From assembly GCA_963822445.1 (NCBI GenBank), contig CAWGHO010000001.1, forward strand, positions 224,001 to 288,000: a DNA stretch of 64,000 nucleotides, in the 5' to 3' direction. The DNA comes from an uncultured Acidobacteriota bacterium (GTDB lineage: Bacteria; Acidobacteriota; Thermoanaerobaculia; Gp7-AA8). Below the pieces are notes generated by a model. That model ran no database searches. It was not told where the DNA came from and saw only the letters and a program-made list of their open reading frames with translations. A program made the translations under genes and the position numbers. Every line of letters starts with the position of its first letter. The first letter of the stretch is position 1. This document shows, one piece after another, positions 63,157 through 64,000 of the stretch.

Positions 63157-64000
63157 ATGATTCAGACCCGCATCGCGATCGTGGTCACCGTGGTTCTGAT
63201 CTGCACCGCCGGTTGCCGCTCCGCATCCGCGCCGGCAGATGCTCCCCGGCTCGACGCGGCCACCACGGCTATGCTCGACGACGTCCAGAAGCGGACCTTT
63301 CTCTGGTTCTGGGAAACGTCGAACGCAGCCAACGGACTGGTGCAGGACCGCTGGCCGACCAAAGCATTCTCGAGCATCGCCTCGGTCGGATTCGGTCTGA
63401 CCGTCTATCCGGTCGGCGTCGAGCGCGGGTGGATCACGCGCGAGCAGGCCCGCCAGCGCGTGCTGACGACGCTGCAGTTCTTCGCGAACGCGCCGCAGGG
63501 GCCGGAAGCACAGGGCATGACCGGGTACAAGGGCTTCTTCTATCACTTCCTCGACATGGAGACCGGCCAGCGTTTCCAGACCACCGAGCTGTCCAGCATC
63601 GACACGACTCTGCTCCTGGCCGGCGTGCTTTTCTGCCAGAGCTACTTCGATCAGGATCACCCCGACGAAGCGCGCATCCGCGATCTCGCCGAACAGCTCT
63701 ACCGGGCCGCCGACTGGACGTACTTTCTGACCCGCCCGCCGCTGGTGTCGATGGCCTGGCGTCCAGAGCGCGGCTTCGGCACGCACGACTGGAGAGGCCT
63801 CAACGAAGGAGCGATTCTCTACGTCCTGGCCCTGGGATCGCCGACGCATCCCATCGACGCGAGCGCGTGGACTTCGTGGACCAGCACCTACCACTGGGGC
63901 GACTTCTACGGCTACGAGCATGTCAACTTCGGCCCGTTGTTCGGGCACCAATACTCCCACGTCTGGATCGATTTCCGCGGCATCCAGGACGAGTACCTGC
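63157..64000 (+). CDS. Glucoamylase-family / GH144-like glucanase lipoprotein (runs off right edge)
   Basis: GGAGGAG RBS; lipobox TAGC; QKRTFLWFWE..NGLVQDR..SSIASVGFGL..GYKGFFYHFLD..ELSSIDT..NE..GPLFGHQYSH. Confidence 0.85.
   Translation, partial: MIQTRIAIVVTVVLICTAGCRSASAPADAPRLDAATTAMLDDVQKRTFLWFWETSNAANGLVQDRWPTKAFSSIASVGFGLTVYPVGVERGWITREQARQRVLTTLQFFANAPQGPEAQGMTGYKGFFYHFLDMETGQRFQTTELSSIDTTLLLAGVLFCQSYFDQDHPDEARIRDLAEQLYRAADWTYFLTRPPLVSMAWRPERGFGTHDWRGLNEGAILYVLALGSPTHPIDASAWTSWTSTYHWGDFYGYEHVNFGPLFGHQYSHVWIDFRGIQDEYL

Overview
High-GC bacterial chromosomal window. The gene repertoire (kinase-PD40, DUF4388, XrtH/IPTL-CTERM, DUF3857-TPR) suggests Acidobacteriota, probably Thermoanaerobaculia; this is inference. 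It holds about 55 genes: parC and parE with a 13-kb mixed block between them, signalling genes, peptidases, a broken HigB/HigA-like TA pair, exosortase H plus a substrate, glgX, a chrB/chrA locus and a xylFGH-sulfatase-GH3-glucoamylase-family sugar cluster running off the right edge. Best finding: an exported PQQ/BamB-like beta-propeller gene (1657-2754) with one in-frame TGA (1762-1764) at a position that is Cys in a sister blade. A hairpin with a GGUC loop, closely resembling a bacterial SECIS, follows it directly, so this is a candidate unannotated selenoprotein. Also found: an orphan integron attC cassette carrying a 2TM-DUF5919-like gene, palindromic REP elements translated into proteins, many apparently leaderless genes, and an antisense gene embedded in the sugar operon. 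Several conserved genes carry indel frameshifts that look like assembly errors. No rRNA, tRNA or CRISPR array was seen. All family calls come from motif recognition by eye; no database searches were run.
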